Shown: in pieces, positions 18,712 through 30,029 of the stretch
Position numbering within the stretch: the first letter of the stretch is position 1
Layout of the letters: every line of letters starts with the position of its first letter
Assembly (NCBI GenBank): GCA_963784105.1
Contig: CAWAQE010000007.1
Coordinates: 54,821 to 118,820 of the forward strand
DNA: 64,000 nt
Direction of reading: 5' to 3'
Source: an uncultured Gammaproteobacteria bacterium
Lineage (GTDB): Bacteria; Pseudomonadota; Gammaproteobacteria; Steroidobacterales; Steroidobacteraceae
The notes under the pieces: model-generated
What the model was told of the DNA's origin: nothing
Seen by the model: only the letters and a program-made list of their open reading frames with translations
Database searches by the model: none
Translations under genes and position numbers: made by a program

Positions 18712-19599
18712 TCAGGAGAGCTTAGGAACCAGATTTCGCAGATACTCTGCGAAATCTTCGCCCAAGCTCGGATGCTTCAGGCCGTACTCTACGGTGGCTT
18801 GCAAGTATCCGAGCTTGCTGCCGCAGTCGTAGCGCTTGCCCTCGAACTCGAAGGCATACACGGGCTCGCGCTGCATGAGCCGCGCAATGCCGTCGGTGAG
18901 CTGGATCTCGCCGCCGGCGCCCTTGCCGATTTTCGCAAGATCTTCGAAGATCGCGGCGGTGAGCAGGTAGCGGCCGACGACGGCCAGCGTCGATGCCGCC
19001 TTCTCCGGCTTGGGCTTCTCGACGATGTGGGAAATCTTGGCCGTGCGGGGCGCGACATTCCCCTCCAAAGTCACGATGCCGTATTTGTCCGTATCCTGCC
19101 GCGGCACGTTCTGCACGCCGAGCACGCTGCCCTGCTGGGCCTCGAATGCTGCGACCATCTGTTTGAGGCATGGTACCTTCGCATCGATCAGATCGTCCGC
19201 GAGATGCACCATGAAGGGCGCATCGCCGACGACGGGCCGCGCGCACAGCACCGCATGGCCCAGACCCAGGGGCGCCGGCTGGCGGATGTACACGCAGGAA
19301 GCCCAGCTCGGCAGAATACCGCGCAGAGTATCGAGCAACTCCTGCTTGCCCTGGGATTGCAGCACAGCCTCCAGTTCGGGGTTGCTGTCGAAATGATCCT
19401 CGATGGCGCGCTTCGAGCTTCCGGTGATGAAGACCAGGGTGTCGGCGCCGGCCGAAAGCGCCTCATCGACCGCATACTGAATGAGCGGCTTGTCGACGAC
19501 GGGGAGCATCTCTTTCGGGCTGGCCTTGGTGACCGGCAGGAATCGCGTGCCGCGTCCGGCTACCGGGAATACGACTGTCTTGACGGCTTTGTGTGGCAT
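18712..19599 (-). CDS. galU: UTP--glucose-1-phosphate uridylyltransferase
   Basis: The ATG at 19599 gives [47 protein letters not shown], the canonical GalU N-terminus. 295 aa. The track ORF to 19755 is over-extended. Confidence 0.92.
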   Translation of the reverse strand: MPHKAVKTVVFPVAGRGTRFLPVTKASPKEMLPVVDKPLIQYAVDEALSAGADTLVFITGSSKRAIEDHFDSNPELEAVLQSQGKQELLDTLRGILPSWASCVYIRQPAPLGLGHAVLCARPVVGDAPFMVHLADDLIDAKVPCLKQMVAAFEAQQGSVLGVQNVPRQDTDKYGIVTLEGNVAPRTAKISHIVEKPKPEKAASTLAVVGRYLLTAAIFEDLAKIGKGAGGEIQLTDGIARLMQREPVYAFEFEGKRYDCGSKLGYLQATVEYGLKHPSLGEDFAEYLRNLVPKLS

Positions 19600-19652
19600 G
19601 GGGAAATGATAACGGATTTCACCGGCGCGCGCCGTCGGACAAATCTCACAGC

Positions 19653-20795
19653 CTAGCGAAGCTTGACGATGGCATGCGTCTCGAAGCTGCTCCAGGAATG
19701 GCAGGCCGGGCACTGCCAGTAAAAGCTGCGTCCCGAGAATCCGCATTCGTTGCACCGGTATCTCTCGGCATGCGCCAGCAGCGCCCCGATCTCATGCGCC
19801 GTGCGTTCGTATTGCTCGGGACCCGCCCGCCAAACCGCCTGCAGCGTGGCATCCTGCGAGACGACCTTTTCGATCGCGGAGCGAAGCGGCTGGGCGCCGG
19901 CCAGACCGGCCGCGATCGCCGCGAATACCAGGCGCTTCAGCTCGCTGAAATCGCGGGACTCGACGTGCGCGACGAGCTCGCCGAGCACCGCATCGCGCGC
20001 CTGCGGCTCCACCAATCCAAGCAGGTGCGGCAACTCATCCTGCAGCAGCTCCGGCGAATCGGTGAGCGCCTGCCGCAGCAGCCGCACGGCCAACTGCGGC
20101 TGCGCATCACGCTCGGCGATCTGCGCGCGCAGCAGCGCCGCCCTCGGGAAGTGCTTTGCCTCGTTGCGAGCTTCGCGCAGCAGGCGCCGCGCTTCCGCGG
20201 CGTCGCCGCGCTCGATGGCGAGCGCGGCCAGCTCGCACAGATAGTGTGCGGCAACCATGCGCGGCGGCGCCGCTTTGATGCGCGCCAGCTGGCGAAAGGC
20301 ACCGAGCGCCTGCTGCCAATCATGCTGCCGTTCGTAAACCAGACGCAGGGCATCGAGTGCGCTGGCGCGCAGGCGCGGCGTCTCGCTGACTTGCTGGAAC
20401 AAGCCCTCCGCGCGGTCCAGCAGTCCGGCGCGCAAATAGTCCTGCGCGAGCGCGAGCAGCGCCTGCTCGCGGTGCTCGGGAGCCAATGCATCTCGCGCCA
20501 ATAGATTCTGATGGATGCGGATGGCCCGCTCCACCTCTCCGCGGCGGCGGTACAGGGTGCCCAGCGCAAAATGCGTCTCGATGGTATCGGCGTTGGCGTC
20601 CATCAGCTTCAGGAACATGTCGAGCGCCCGGTCGGGCTGCTCGGTCACGAGATAATCGAGGCCGGTCAGATAGTCGGGATGCAGCCGCTTGAAGGAGGTA
20701 GGCCAGCGCTTGCCCCAGCCGAAGTGCCCGGCCAGGATTCCGAGAACCAATGCCGCAACCACCAAAAACCAAGCCAGCAGCGGTAGGTCGGTCAT
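19653..20795 (-). CDS. lapB: Lipopolysaccharide assembly protein B (TPR + rubredoxin-like zinc finger)
   Basis: 380 aa with an N-terminal TM helix, TPR repeats, and a C-terminal [27 protein letters not shown]. Position after ihfB is as in other Gammaproteobacteria. Confidence 0.88.
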   Translation of the reverse strand: MTDLPLLAWFLVVAALVLGILAGHFGWGKRWPTSFKRLHPDYLTGLDYLVTEQPDRALDMFLKLMDANADTIETHFALGTLYRRRGEVERAIRIHQNLLARDALAPEHREQALLALAQDYLRAGLLDRAEGLFQQVSETPRLRASALDALRLVYERQHDWQQALGAFRQLARIKAAPPRMVAAHYLCELAALAIERGDAAEARRLLREARNEAKHFPRAALLRAQIAERDAQPQLAVRLLRQALTDSPELLQDELPHLLGLVEPQARDAVLGELVAHVESRDFSELKRLVFAAIAAGLAGAQPLRSAIEKVVSQDATLQAVWRAGPEQYERTAHEIGALLAHAERYRCNECGFSGRSFYWQCPACHSWSSFETHAIVKLR

Positions 20796-20827
20796 TTACG
20801 CCAAGACCGCCTTTTCTTAAGCCGAAG

Positions 20828-21130
20828 TCAATCGCGGATCGGCTGATCCGCACCGTCGTTGACCCGCTCGCGCAGATCCTTGCCGGGCTTGAAGTGCGGC
20901 ACGTGCTTCCCGGCCAGTGCGACGGCCTCGCCGGTCTTGGGGTTGCGCCCCTGGCGCGGCGGCCGGAAATGCAGCGAAAAGCTGCCGAAGCCGCGAATTT
21001 CGATACGCTCGCCCGTCGCCAGCGCATCGCTCATGATCTCCAGCAGCTGCTTGACGGCGAGTTCGACATCCTTAGCCGGCAGGTGCTTCTGTTTCGCCGA
21101 AATGATCTCGATGAGTTCCGATTTCGTCAT
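20828..21130 (-). CDS. ihfB: Integration host factor subunit beta
   Basis: The ATG at 21130 gives [84 protein letters not shown]. 100 aa. Confidence 0.93.
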   Translation of the reverse strand: MTKSELIEIISAKQKHLPAKDVELAVKQLLEIMSDALATGERIEIRGFGSFSLHFRPPRQGRNPKTGEAVALAGKHVPHFKPGKDLRERVNDGADQPIRD

Positions 21131-21171
21131 TATCGATCCGTGCGCATCGCTGGACATACTTTAAGAGGGTA

Positions 21172-21193
21172 GGCGCGGCGGAACCGCCGCGCC
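21172..21193 (-). terminator. GC-rich hairpin between rpsA and ihfB (possible partial terminator)
   Basis: ggcgcggcgg/ccgccgcgcc inverted repeat (about 9-10 bp stem, tight loop) lying 13 nt downstream of the rpsA stop. It has no clear U-tract. Confidence 0.4.
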
Positions 21194-21205
21194 AAACCGT
21201 TCCTC

Positions 21206-22876
21206 TCAATCCTGGCCGGAGATCTGCTCTTTGAGAAGATCTCCCAGGCTGGTTCCGGTGGGTGAGTCGGTCCGGTAATTCTGCATGGCTTCTTGTTCCT
21301 CGTGGATGTCCTTCGCCTTGATCGACAACGAGATGCTGCGGCCCTTGCGGTCCACTCCGGTGAATTTCGCCTCGACTTCCTCGCCCACCTTGAGAAGCAG
21401 GCGAGCGTCCTCGACGCGGTCGCGCGACAGCTCGGACGCCCGCAGCTGGCCGTCGACGCCGTTGCCCAGATCGATGACCGCTCCCTTCGCGTCCACCTCT
21501 CGTACGACGCCCGTCACGATGCTGCCCTTCGGATGCTCGGCGATGTAGGCGGAGAAAGGATCTTTCGCCAGCTGCTTGATCCCCAAGCTGATGCGCTCAC
21601 GCTCGGGATCGATCGACAGCACCATGGCGTCCACCTGCTGCGCCTTCTGATAGCTGCGAACGGCTTCCTCGCCCGGCATGTCCCAGGAGATGTCGGACAG
21701 ATGAACCAAGCCGTCGATGCCGCCGGCGAGACCGATGAAAATACCGAAGTCGGTGATCGATTTGATCTGGCCGCTCACCTTGTCGCCGCGGTTGTAGTTC
21801 TCGGCGAATTCCTTCCAGGGGTTGGTCTTGCACTGTTTGACGCCGAGGCTGATGCGGCGCCGTTCCTCGTCGATGTCCAGCACCATGACCTCGACTTCCT
21901 GGCCGACGTGCACCACCTTGGCGGGATTCACGTTCTTGTTGGTCCAGTCCATCTCCGACACGTGCACCAGGCCCTCGACGCCCTCCTCGATCTCCACGAA
22001 GCAGCCGTAGTCGGCGATATTCGTGACCTTGCCGAACAGACGCGTGTTCGCAGGATAGCGGCGCGCGATGTTCTGCCACGGATCCGCGCCCAATTGCTTC
22101 AGGCCCAGGGAAACGCGCTGACGCTCTCGATCGAACTTCAAAATCCGCACGTCGATCTCTTCGCCGACCTTCACGACTTCGGACGGATGCTTGACTCGCT
22201 TCCAGGCCATGTCGGTGATGTGCAGCAGCCCGTCGATGCCGCCCAGGTCCACGAAGGCGCCGTAGTCGGTGAGATTCTTCACCACGCCCTTGACCGCCGC
22301 GCCCTCCTGTAGATTGTCCAGCAGCGCGGAACGCTCGGCGCTGTATTCCTGTTCGACCACCGCGCGACGCGATACCACCACGTTGTTGCGCTTCTGATCG
22401 AGCTTGATCACCTTGAACTCGAGCGGCTTGTTCTCCAGGTACGACGGGTCGCGCACGGGGCGCACATCGACCAGGGAGCCCGGCAAGAACGCGCGCACAT
22501 TGTCGATTTCGACCGTGAACCCGCCCTTGACTCGGCCCGTGATGATGCCGATGACCACCTCTTGCTTCTCGAAGGCCGTCTCCAGGCGCGTCCAAGTTCT
22601 GGCGCGCTTGGCCTTTTCGCGCGAGAGGCGGGTTTCGCCCGAACCATCCTCGACGCTGTCCAAGGCGACTTCGACGGTCTCGCCGACGGCGACTTCGATC
22701 TCGCCCTTTTCGTTCTTGAATTGGTCGGAGGGAATGACCGCCTCGGATTTCAATCCGACATTGACGATGACGTAGTCCTGGCCTACTTCGACGATCAGTC
22801 CATTGAGGATGGTGCCAGGACGGATGCGCTGGCTCGCGATGCTCTGTTCGAACAGTTCCGCAAAACTTTCTGTCAT
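21206..22876 (-). CDS. rpsA: 30S ribosomal protein S1
   Basis: 556 aa with six S1 repeats. N-terminus [12 protein letters not shown]...G.I..G.IV.V..DYV.V..GLKSE is canonical. Confidence 0.97.
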   Translation of the reverse strand: MTESFAELFEQSIASQRIRPGTILNGLIVEVGQDYVIVNVGLKSEAVIPSDQFKNEKGEIEVAVGETVEVALDSVEDGSGETRLSREKAKRARTWTRLETAFEKQEVVIGIITGRVKGGFTVEIDNVRAFLPGSLVDVRPVRDPSYLENKPLEFKVIKLDQKRNNVVVSRRAVVEQEYSAERSALLDNLQEGAAVKGVVKNLTDYGAFVDLGGIDGLLHITDMAWKRVKHPSEVVKVGEEIDVRILKFDRERQRVSLGLKQLGADPWQNIARRYPANTRLFGKVTNIADYGCFVEIEEGVEGLVHVSEMDWTNKNVNPAKVVHVGQEVEVMVLDIDEERRRISLGVKQCKTNPWKEFAENYNRGDKVSGQIKSITDFGIFIGLAGGIDGLVHLSDISWDMPGEEAVRSYQKAQQVDAMVLSIDPERERISLGIKQLAKDPFSAYIAEHPKGSIVTGVVREVDAKGAVIDLGNGVDGQLRASELSRDRVEDARLLLKVGEEVEAKFTGVDRKGRSISLSIKAKDIHEEQEAMQNYRTDSPTGTSLGDLLKEQISGQD

Positions 22877-22976
22877 GTGTTCTCTTGACTATTCCCTAGC
22901 ACCTTCCCTTGTGCCCGAGGGGTTACCATAAAAATACGGCCATCATTCCATGAAAGCCGCGACCTAAATTTCCTGC

Positions 22977-23660
22977 TCACTTCAGCGACAGACGCCCGCG
23001 GGCCACTCCCAATACGCGCTCGACCACTGCATCGACGGACATCCCCGTTGTGTCCAGGAGGATTGCGTCCGCGCTCGCGACAAGAGGCGAAGCGGCGCGG
23101 TTCATATCGCGCAAGTCACGCTCCGCTATCTCCAGCGAAAGGGCGGCAAGGGTAGCAGCAACCCCCTTTTCTTTCAACTGCTTATGGCGTCTGGCCGCGC
23201 GTTCGGCGGCGCTCGCCGTGAGAAAAATCTTCACCTCGGCCTGGGGGAATACGACGGTGCCCATATCCCGCCCATCCGCCACCAACCCCGGGGGGACGGC
23301 AAAGCGCCGCTGGCGCTCCAGGAGCCCGGCGCGGACCTGGGGCATGGCGGCCACCTTGGAGGCGTCATTTCCCGCCCCTTCGGTTCGAATGGCGCCTGTG
23401 ACGTCCCGGCCGTTGAGCCAGACGACTTCCTCCCCCGCCGCGTCGGAGCCGAATTTAAGGTCGATCCGGGCGGCCAGGCGGGCCAGCCCAGGCCCATCGT
23501 CGAGGCTGATGCCCGCCTCCCGGCCCGCCAAGGCAACCAATCGATAAAGGGCGCCGCTGTCGAGCAGGGCCCAGCCCAGCGCCCGTGCGGCGGCGCGGCT
23601 GACCGTGCCCTTACCGGACCCCGAGGGGCCATCGATGGTCATGATGGGCACTTTGCTCAC
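22977..23660 (-). CDS. cmk: Cytidylate kinase
   Basis: P-loop ITIDGPSGSGKGTVSRAAARALGWALLDSGALYR. I prefer the GTG at 23660 (VSKVPIMTIDGP..., 227 aa), which is preceded by GAGGG and lies 7 nt after the aroA stop. An alternative ATG at 23690 would overlap aroA by 23 nt. Confidence 0.9.
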   Translation of the reverse strand: MSKVPIMTIDGPSGSGKGTVSRAAARALGWALLDSGALYRLVALAGREAGISLDDGPGLARLAARIDLKFGSDAAGEEVVWLNGRDVTGAIRTEGAGNDASKVAAMPQVRAGLLERQRRFAVPPGLVADGRDMGTVVFPQAEVKIFLTASAAERAARRHKQLKEKGVAATLAALSLEIAERDLRDMNRAASPLVASADAILLDTTGMSVDAVVERVLGVARGRLSLK

Positions 23661-23667
23661 GGTACCC

Positions 23668-24996
23668 TCAACCTGCCGATTCGCGGACATCGAGGCCAAC
23701 CGATGCCGCCAGCCCGACAAACCCCGGAAACGAGGTCGCCACGTTTGCCACGTCGCGGATCGAAATGGCCTTGGCGGCCCGCAAACTGGCGACGGCAAAA
23801 GACATGGCAATCCGGTGATCGCCGAAGCTGTCGATCTCGCCGCCGCCGAATGCCGCACCCTCGCCGCGGCCCTCGATCCGCATGCCGTCCGGCAACACTT
23901 CGTGCTCCACTCCCATGGCCCGAAGGCCGGCGCTCATGGCTGCGATGCGGTCGCTCTCCTTGACCCGAAGCTCTTCGGCGCCGGACACCAGGGTCTCGCC
24001 GGCCGCGCAAGAAGCCGCGATGAACAGAACCGGGAGCTCGTCGATGGCAAGCGGCACCAGTTCCACCGGCACCCGGACGCCGTGCAGTGCCGAGCCGCGA
24101 ATCCGCAAATCCGCGACCGGTTCGGCTCCGCTCTGGCGCGGATTCAGCACTTCGATGTCCCCTCCCATGCTGCGCAGGATATCCAGCAATCCGGTGCGCG
24201 TGGGATTCATTCCGACATTCTCGATCAGCAAGCCCTCGCGAGGGGCGCCCAACAGCCCCGCAACGATGAAAAACGCGGCGGACGAGAAGTCGCCGGGCAC
24301 GTTCAGGCTCTGATTCGACAATCCGCCGGGAGGGTACAGCGTGGTGCGCAGACCGTCGATGTCGAGACGCACTCCGCAGCTCGCGAGCATGCGCTCGCTA
24401 TGGTCGCGGTTCGCCGCCGGCGCGATGACCGTGGTGGCGGCGTCGGCATACAGGGCCGCCAATAGAATCGCCGATTTGACCTGAGCGCTCGCCACCGGCA
24501 TGCGGTAGTCGATGCCGTGCAGAGAGCGGCCGCCGCCTATATCGACCGGCGGCTTGCCGGCGCGGGTGCGCACATCGGCGCCCATCTCGCGCAGCGGCTT
24601 CGCGACTCTCTCCATCGGCCGCTGCATGAGCGAGGCGTCGCCGATCAGCTGCGAGTCGAAGCTTTGCGCCGACAATAGGCCGGTAAACAAGCGCATGGCC
24701 GTGCCCGCGTTGCCCATGTCGAGGGGGAAGCCCGCGGCGCGCAGGCCGCGCAGGCCCGCCCCGCGGATCACCACCTGCGTGGGGCTCGGCTGCTCGATCT
24801 GCACGCCCAGGGCGCGCATGGCGTTCAAAGTCGCCAGGCAATCCTCGCTCGCCAGAAAGCCGGTCACGACACTCGTGCCTTGCGCGATGCCGGACAGCAT
24901 CAAGGATCGATGGGAGATGGATTTGTCGCCGGGAACAGACATTGCGCCCGCCACTTGGCGGGCCGGGCGTGCCTCGAATTTGCGCTGCGCAGCCAT
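23668..24996 (-). CDS. aroA: 3-phosphoshikimate 1-carboxyvinyltransferase (EPSP synthase)
   Basis: The ATG at 24996 gives MAAQRKFEARPARQVAGAMSVPGDKSISHRSLMLSGIAQG.... 442 aa. The track ORF to 25599 is over-extended into pheA. Confidence 0.93.
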   Translation of the reverse strand: MAAQRKFEARPARQVAGAMSVPGDKSISHRSLMLSGIAQGTSVVTGFLASEDCLATLNAMRALGVQIEQPSPTQVVIRGAGLRGLRAAGFPLDMGNAGTAMRLFTGLLSAQSFDSQLIGDASLMQRPMERVAKPLREMGADVRTRAGKPPVDIGGGRSLHGIDYRMPVASAQVKSAILLAALYADAATTVIAPAANRDHSERMLASCGVRLDIDGLRTTLYPPGGLSNQSLNVPGDFSSAAFFIVAGLLGAPREGLLIENVGMNPTRTGLLDILRSMGGDIEVLNPRQSGAEPVADLRIRGSALHGVRVPVELVPLAIDELPVLFIAASCAAGETLVSGAEELRVKESDRIAAMSAGLRAMGVEHEVLPDGMRIEGRGEGAAFGGGEIDSFGDHRIAMSFAVASLRAAKAISIRDVANVATSFPGFVGLAASVGLDVRESAG

Positions 24997-25001
24997 CCCG
25001 A

Positions 25002-26186
25002 TCAGAGAACCGCCCGCGGATACGAGCCCAGCACCTTGAACAGCGATGCGCGCTCCTCGAGCGCCGCGAGGGCCTTGGCGACCGGCGGGTCGCTGACGTG
25101 CCCTTCGACATCGATGAAGAACACATAGTCCCATTTGCGTTTGCGGGAAGGACGCGATTCGATTCGCGTCATGTTGACCCGGTGTTCGGCCAGCGGCTCG
25201 AGCAGGCGGAACAGCGCGCCGGCATCGTCGGTGTCGGCGGCGGACACCAGCAGCGAGGTGCGATCGGCACCGCTCGCGCTGAACAGCTTTCTGCCAACCA
25301 CCAGGAACCGGGTGGTGTTGTCCTGCCGGTCCTCGATTTCGCCGGCGAGCACGTTGAGCCCGTATATCTCGGCGGCCGCATGGCTGGCGATCGCAGCGGT
25401 GCCGCGCTCGTCGCGCGCGCGCCTCGCTCCCTCGGCATTGCTCGCGACGGCGATCCGTTCCACGTCCGGAATCTGGTCGTCGAGCCAGCCGCGGCATTGA
25501 GCCAGTGCCTGCGGATGCGCGCACACGCGCTTGACGGCCTCGCTGCCGCGCATTTTCCCCATCAGGTAATGATGGATCCTCAGCTCCACCTCGCCGCAAA
25601 TCTTGAGCGCGGACGACAGAAACATGTCCAAGGTGTGATTGACGGTGCCTTCGCTCGAATTCTCGATCGGCACCACACCGAAGTCGGCCACGCCGGCCTC
25701 GACTTCGTGGAATACCTCGTCGATCGCCGGCAGGGGCAGCGCCCGCACCGAGGAGCCGAAATGCTTGAGCACCGCGGCCTGGGTGAAAGTGCCCTCCGGC
25801 CCGAGGAACCCCACTTTGAGAGGCTCCTGCTGTGCCAGACAGGCCGACATGATCTCGCGGAACAACCGCGCGATTTCCTCGTCGCGCAACGGGCCTTGAT
25901 TGCGCTTGAGCGCCATTCTCAGAACTTCGGCTTCGCGTTCGGGACGATAGAAATCCACCGCCTTGCCGGACGCCGACTTGGAAATGCCCACCTGCTGCGC
26001 GAAGCGGGCGCGCTCGTTGAGCAGGCCGTGGATTCGCGCATCGATGGCATCGATGCTCTCGCGAATATTGCCGAGGTTGCCGCCGGCGGGCGCGGCTCCC
26101 GCAATCGCCCCGGGCGGGACCGCCTGCGCGGGCGGCGGGCGCTTTCGCGGCGGGCTCTTGCGCTGCGGCCTCTTACGGTTTGCCAT
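25002..26186 (-). CDS. pheA: Bifunctional chorismate mutase / prephenate dehydratase (P-protein)
   Basis: 394 aa. The chorismate mutase domain (LGNIRESIDAIDARIHGLLNERARFAQQVG...YRPEREAEVL) is followed by the PDT domain (VGFLGPEGTFTQAA...) and ACT (TSLLVS...PGALF..L..). The Lys/Arg/Pro-rich N-terminal 35 aa make the exact start uncertain. Confidence 0.9.
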   Translation of the reverse strand: MANRKRPQRKSPPRKRPPPAQAVPPGAIAGAAPAGGNLGNIRESIDAIDARIHGLLNERARFAQQVGISKSASGKAVDFYRPEREAEVLRMALKRNQGPLRDEEIARLFREIMSACLAQQEPLKVGFLGPEGTFTQAAVLKHFGSSVRALPLPAIDEVFHEVEAGVADFGVVPIENSSEGTVNHTLDMFLSSALKICGEVELRIHHYLMGKMRGSEAVKRVCAHPQALAQCRGWLDDQIPDVERIAVASNAEGARRARDERGTAAIASHAAAEIYGLNVLAGEIEDRQDNTTRFLVVGRKLFSASGADRTSLLVSAADTDDAGALFRLLEPLAEHRVNMTRIESRPSRKRKWDYVFFIDVEGHVSDPPVAKALAALEERASLFKVLGSYPRAVL

Positions 26187-26195
26187 TCTCGGACC

Positions 26196-27272
26196 TCATG
26201 TGTGCTGACGCTCGAATTCGCGCATGAAGGCGATCAGAGCCTCGACGCCGGCAAGCGGCATGGCGTTGTACAGGCTTGCACGCATGCCGCCCGAGACGCG
26301 ATGTCCCTTGAGGCCGTGCAGGCCGGCATCGGCCGCCGCGGCAAGGAATACCGCATCCAGCGCCGGTTTGTTCAGAGTGAAAGTCACGTTCATCCGGGAC
26401 CGGGAATCCTCGGCGACCGCATTCCCATACAAATGCGAGGCGTCGATGGCGGTGTATAGAGCGTGCGCCTTGAGGCGGTTTTGCTCGCCGATCGCCGCCA
26501 AGCCGCCGGCGCGCTTGAGCCACTTGAACACCAATCCCGCCATGTACCAGGCGAAGGTCGGCGGCGTATTCAGCATGGACTGATTGTCGGCCATTGCCTT
26601 GTAGTCGAAGACCCGCGGCGTCTCGGCCCGAGCATGGCCGCACAGATCCTCGCGCACGATGGCCACCACGAGGCCCGAGGGGCCGATGTTTTTCTGCGCC
26701 CCTGCGTAAATCAATCCGAACTTGGAGACATCGATGGGCCGCGACAGGATGCTGGACGACATGTCCGCCACGAGAGGAACGCTTCCCGGCTCCGGGACGT
26801 ATCCGAATTCCACGCCGCCGATGGTCTCATTCGGTGTGTAGTGCACATAGGCCGCCTCAGCGCTGAAGCGCAGTTCGCTCTGCGGCGGAACGCGCCCGTA
26901 GCCGGTGCCGGCATCGGCGGCGACGTGCACCCTGCAGTAGCGCCGCGCCTCGGCGATCGCCTTTTGCGACCAGTGCCCGGTGTTCAGATAATCGGCCGCG
27001 GATTGCGGCCCCGCCAGATTCATCGGCACGAATGCAAATTGCGCCGAAGCCCCGCCCTGCAGGAACAGCACCTTGTAATTGCGGGGTATCGACAGAAGCT
27101 CGCGCAAATCCGCTTCGGCTTCCTCGGCGCACTGCGAGAAGGCCTTGCCGCGGTGACTGATCTCCATGACAGACATGCCGCTGCCGCGCCAGTCGAGAAG
27201 CTCGTCGCGCGCCTGCTCCAATACCTCGAGCGGCAGCACGGCGGGTCCTGGAGAGAAATTGTAGGCGCGCAC
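26196..27272 (-). CDS. serC: Phosphoserine aminotransferase
   Basis: Conserved N-terminus (V/M)RAYNFSPGPAVLPLEVLEQARDELLDWRGSGMSVMEISHRGK. The GTG at 27272 gives 358 aa and avoids overlap with gyrA. An alternative ATG at 27317 overlaps the gyrA 3' end by 32 nt. Confidence 0.9.
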   Translation of the reverse strand: MRAYNFSPGPAVLPLEVLEQARDELLDWRGSGMSVMEISHRGKAFSQCAEEAEADLRELLSIPRNYKVLFLQGGASAQFAFVPMNLAGPQSAADYLNTGHWSQKAIAEARRYCRVHVAADAGTGYGRVPPQSELRFSAEAAYVHYTPNETIGGVEFGYVPEPGSVPLVADMSSSILSRPIDVSKFGLIYAGAQKNIGPSGLVVAIVREDLCGHARAETPRVFDYKAMADNQSMLNTPPTFAWYMAGLVFKWLKRAGGLAAIGEQNRLKAHALYTAIDASHLYGNAVAEDSRSRMNVTFTLNKPALDAVFLAAAADAGLHGLKGHRVSGGMRASLYNAMPLAGVEALIAFMREFERQHT

Positions 27273-27285
27273 CGCGAAAGGGTCT

Positions 27286-29886
27286 TTAAGAATCGGGGGC
27301 GCCGGAATCGGGGGCATCGCCGTCGGAGCCTTCCTCGGCCACGGCGGCATCTCCGGCCAAGCCGTCAATGCGCTCGAGGCCGGAGAGCTGATCGCCATCC
27401 TCGAGCCGGATCAGGCGCACCCCCTGGGTATTGCGCCCCACCACGGAAATATCCTTGACCGGCGTGCGCACCAGAACTCCGTTCTGGCTCATGAGCATGA
27501 TCTCATCGTCCGCGCTCACCTGCAGCGCGCCCACCATCCGTCCATTGCGGTCCGTGATCTGCAATGCGATCACGCCTTGGCCGCCGCGGCCGTGTTTCGG
27601 AAAATCGTCGAGCGGCGTGAGCTTGCCGAATCCGTTTTGCGACGCGGTGAGAATGAAACCTTGATCCGCCACGATCAATGCATTGACGCGTTGATCGTCG
27701 GTCACGCGCACCCCGCGTACGCCGGCCGCCTCGCGGCCCATCGGCCGGACTTCCTCCTCCATGAAACGGATTGCCTTGCCCGCGGTGGTGAACAGCAAGA
27801 TGTCCTTGGTGCCGTCCGTAATCGCGACGCCGACCAGCTTGTCTCCCTCATCCAGCGCAACGGCGATGATGCCGCTGGCCCGCGGCCTCGAGAACAGCGC
27901 GAGCGAGGTCTTCTTCACGGTCCCAAGGCTCGTCGCCATGAAAACGTACTTGCCTTCCTCGAAATCCTTGATCGACAGCATGGCGCTGATGCGCTCGCCC
28001 TCCTGCAGCGGCAAGAGATTGACGATGGGCTTGCCGCGCGCGCCGCGGCTGGCCTGCGGGAGCTGGTACACCTTCAGCCAGTAGAGTTTGCCGTAGTCGG
28101 AGAAGCACAGCAGCGTGTCGTGCGTGTTCGCCACGAACAGCTTGTCGACGAAGTCCTCGTCCTTGACGCTGGTCGCCGCCTTGCCGCGGCCGCCGCGGCG
28201 CTGCGCCTGGTAATCGGACACGGGCTGCGCCTTGGCGTAGCCGCCATGCGAGAGCGTCACCACCACATCCTGCGGCGAAATCAAATCCTCCGTCGTCAGA
28301 TCTTCGTGATTGACGATGATTTCCGTGCGCCGCTTGTCGCCGAAGGTGTCGCGGATGTACTCGAGCTCCTTGCGGATGACTTCGAGCAGCCGTTCCGGCC
28401 GGGCCAAAATATCCGACAGATCCCGGATCTGTTCCAGCAGCTCCTGGAACTCGGCGATGACCTTGTCCTGCTCCAGTGCGGTGAGCCGGTGCAGGCGCAT
28501 CTCCAGAATCGCCTGCGCCTGCGTCTCCGTCAGGCGGTAGCCGCCCTCGACTATCCCTAAAGCCGCGATTTCGCCGTCGGGCCGGGTGCTGATGGCGCCC
28601 GCGCGGGCCAGCATCTCCGGGACGGCGCCGGACGCCCACGGCCTCGACGTCAGCGCGGCTTTGGCCTCGGCGGGCGAAGGCGACGCCTTGATGGTGGCTA
28701 TGATCTCGTCGATGTTCGCGAGCGCGATCGCCAGGCCTTCCAAAATATGGCCGCGCTCGCGCGCCTTGCGCAGCTCATACACCGCGCGGCGCGTCACCAC
28801 TTCACGCCGGTGCCGGACGAAGGCGTCGAGCATTTCCTTCAGACTCAGCAGGCGAGGCTGGCCGTCGACCAGCGCGACCATGTTGATGCCGAATACTTGC
28901 TCCATCGGGGTCTGTGCGTAGAGATTATTGAGCAGTATTTCGGGCACTTCGCCGCGTTTCAGCTCGATCACCACGCGCATGCCGTCCTTGTCGGATTCGT
29001 CGCGCAGCCCGTCCGAGGCGATGCCGTCGATGAGCTTGTCGCGCACCAGGTCGGCAATGCGTTCTATCAGCCGCGCCTTGTTCACCTGGTAGGGCAGCTC
29101 GGTGATGATGATGGCCTGGCGTTCGCCCTTGCCGACGTCTTCGAAGTGCGTGCGCGCGCGCAGGTGCAGGCGGCCCCGGCCCGTCTTGTAGGCCGCCACG
29201 ATCTCCTGGGCCCCGTTGATGTATCCCGCGGTCGGGAAATCGGGGCCGGGGACGATCTGCATGAGCTGCCCCAGAGTGATCTCGGGGTTTTCGATGAGCG
29301 CGATGCAGGCGCTGACGATTTCGGTCAGATTGTGCGGCGGGATATTGGTCGCCATGCCCACCGCAATGCCCGAGGATCCGTTGATCAAGAGGTTCGGGAC
29401 CCGCGTCGGCAGCACGGCCGGCTCGCTCTCGGACTCATCGTAATTCGGATTGAAATCGACAGTTTCCTTGTCGATGTCGGCCAGCAGCTCGCCGGCCAGC
29501 TTCGACATGCGCACTTCCGTGTAGCGCATCGCCGCCGGCGGATCGCCGTCCACGGAGCCGAAGTTCCCCTGCCCGTCGACCAGCAGGTAGCGCATGGAGA
29601 ATTCCTGCGCCATGCGCACGATGGCGTCGTACACCGACGCGTCCCCGTGCGGATGATATTTGCCGATGACGTCGCCCACCACGCGGGCGGATTTCTTATA
29701 CGGCTTGTTCCAGTCGTTGCTCAGTTCGCGCATGGCGTAGAGCACGCGCCGATGCACGGGCTTCAATCCGTCGCGAACGTCCGGCAGCGCGCGCCCGACG
29801 ATGACGCTCATGGCGTAATCCAGATACGACTTGCGCACCTCGTCTTCTAGATTTACGGGCAATATTTCGCGAGCGATCTCGGCCAT
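27286..29886 (-). CDS. gyrA: DNA gyrase subunit A
   Basis: 866 aa. [52 protein letters not shown]...[19 protein letters not shown] (QRDR region) is canonical. Acidic C-terminal tail. Confidence 0.97.
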   Translation of the reverse strand: MAEIAREILPVNLEDEVRKSYLDYAMSVIVGRALPDVRDGLKPVHRRVLYAMRELSNDWNKPYKKSARVVGDVIGKYHPHGDASVYDAIVRMAQEFSMRYLLVDGQGNFGSVDGDPPAAMRYTEVRMSKLAGELLADIDKETVDFNPNYDESESEPAVLPTRVPNLLINGSSGIAVGMATNIPPHNLTEIVSACIALIENPEITLGQLMQIVPGPDFPTAGYINGAQEIVAAYKTGRGRLHLRARTHFEDVGKGERQAIIITELPYQVNKARLIERIADLVRDKLIDGIASDGLRDESDKDGMRVVIELKRGEVPEILLNNLYAQTPMEQVFGINMVALVDGQPRLLSLKEMLDAFVRHRREVVTRRAVYELRKARERGHILEGLAIALANIDEIIATIKASPSPAEAKAALTSRPWASGAVPEMLARAGAISTRPDGEIAALGIVEGGYRLTETQAQAILEMRLHRLTALEQDKVIAEFQELLEQIRDLSDILARPERLLEVIRKELEYIRDTFGDKRRTEIIVNHEDLTTEDLISPQDVVVTLSHGGYAKAQPVSDYQAQRRGGRGKAATSVKDEDFVDKLFVANTHDTLLCFSDYGKLYWLKVYQLPQASRGARGKPIVNLLPLQEGERISAMLSIKDFEEGKYVFMATSLGTVKKTSLALFSRPRASGIIAVALDEGDKLVGVAITDGTKDILLFTTAGKAIRFMEEEVRPMGREAAGVRGVRVTDDQRVNALIVADQGFILTASQNGFGKLTPLDDFPKHGRGGQGVIALQITDRNGRMVGALQVSADDEIMLMSQNGVLVRTPVKDISVVGRNTQGVRLIRLEDGDQLSGLERIDGLAGDAAVAEEGSDGDAPDSGAPDS

Positions 29887-30029
29887 TTGCGAGAGTCCGG
29901 TGAAGCCTTCGCGGCTAACTTAAGCGGGTTTAAAGGAGGCGAGACATGGTCTCAACATGGGCGAATTCTAGCACATATCCCATGAAGGGTCTTGAGCCCG
30001 CGGGCCGGATTAGCCGATATACTCGAGGA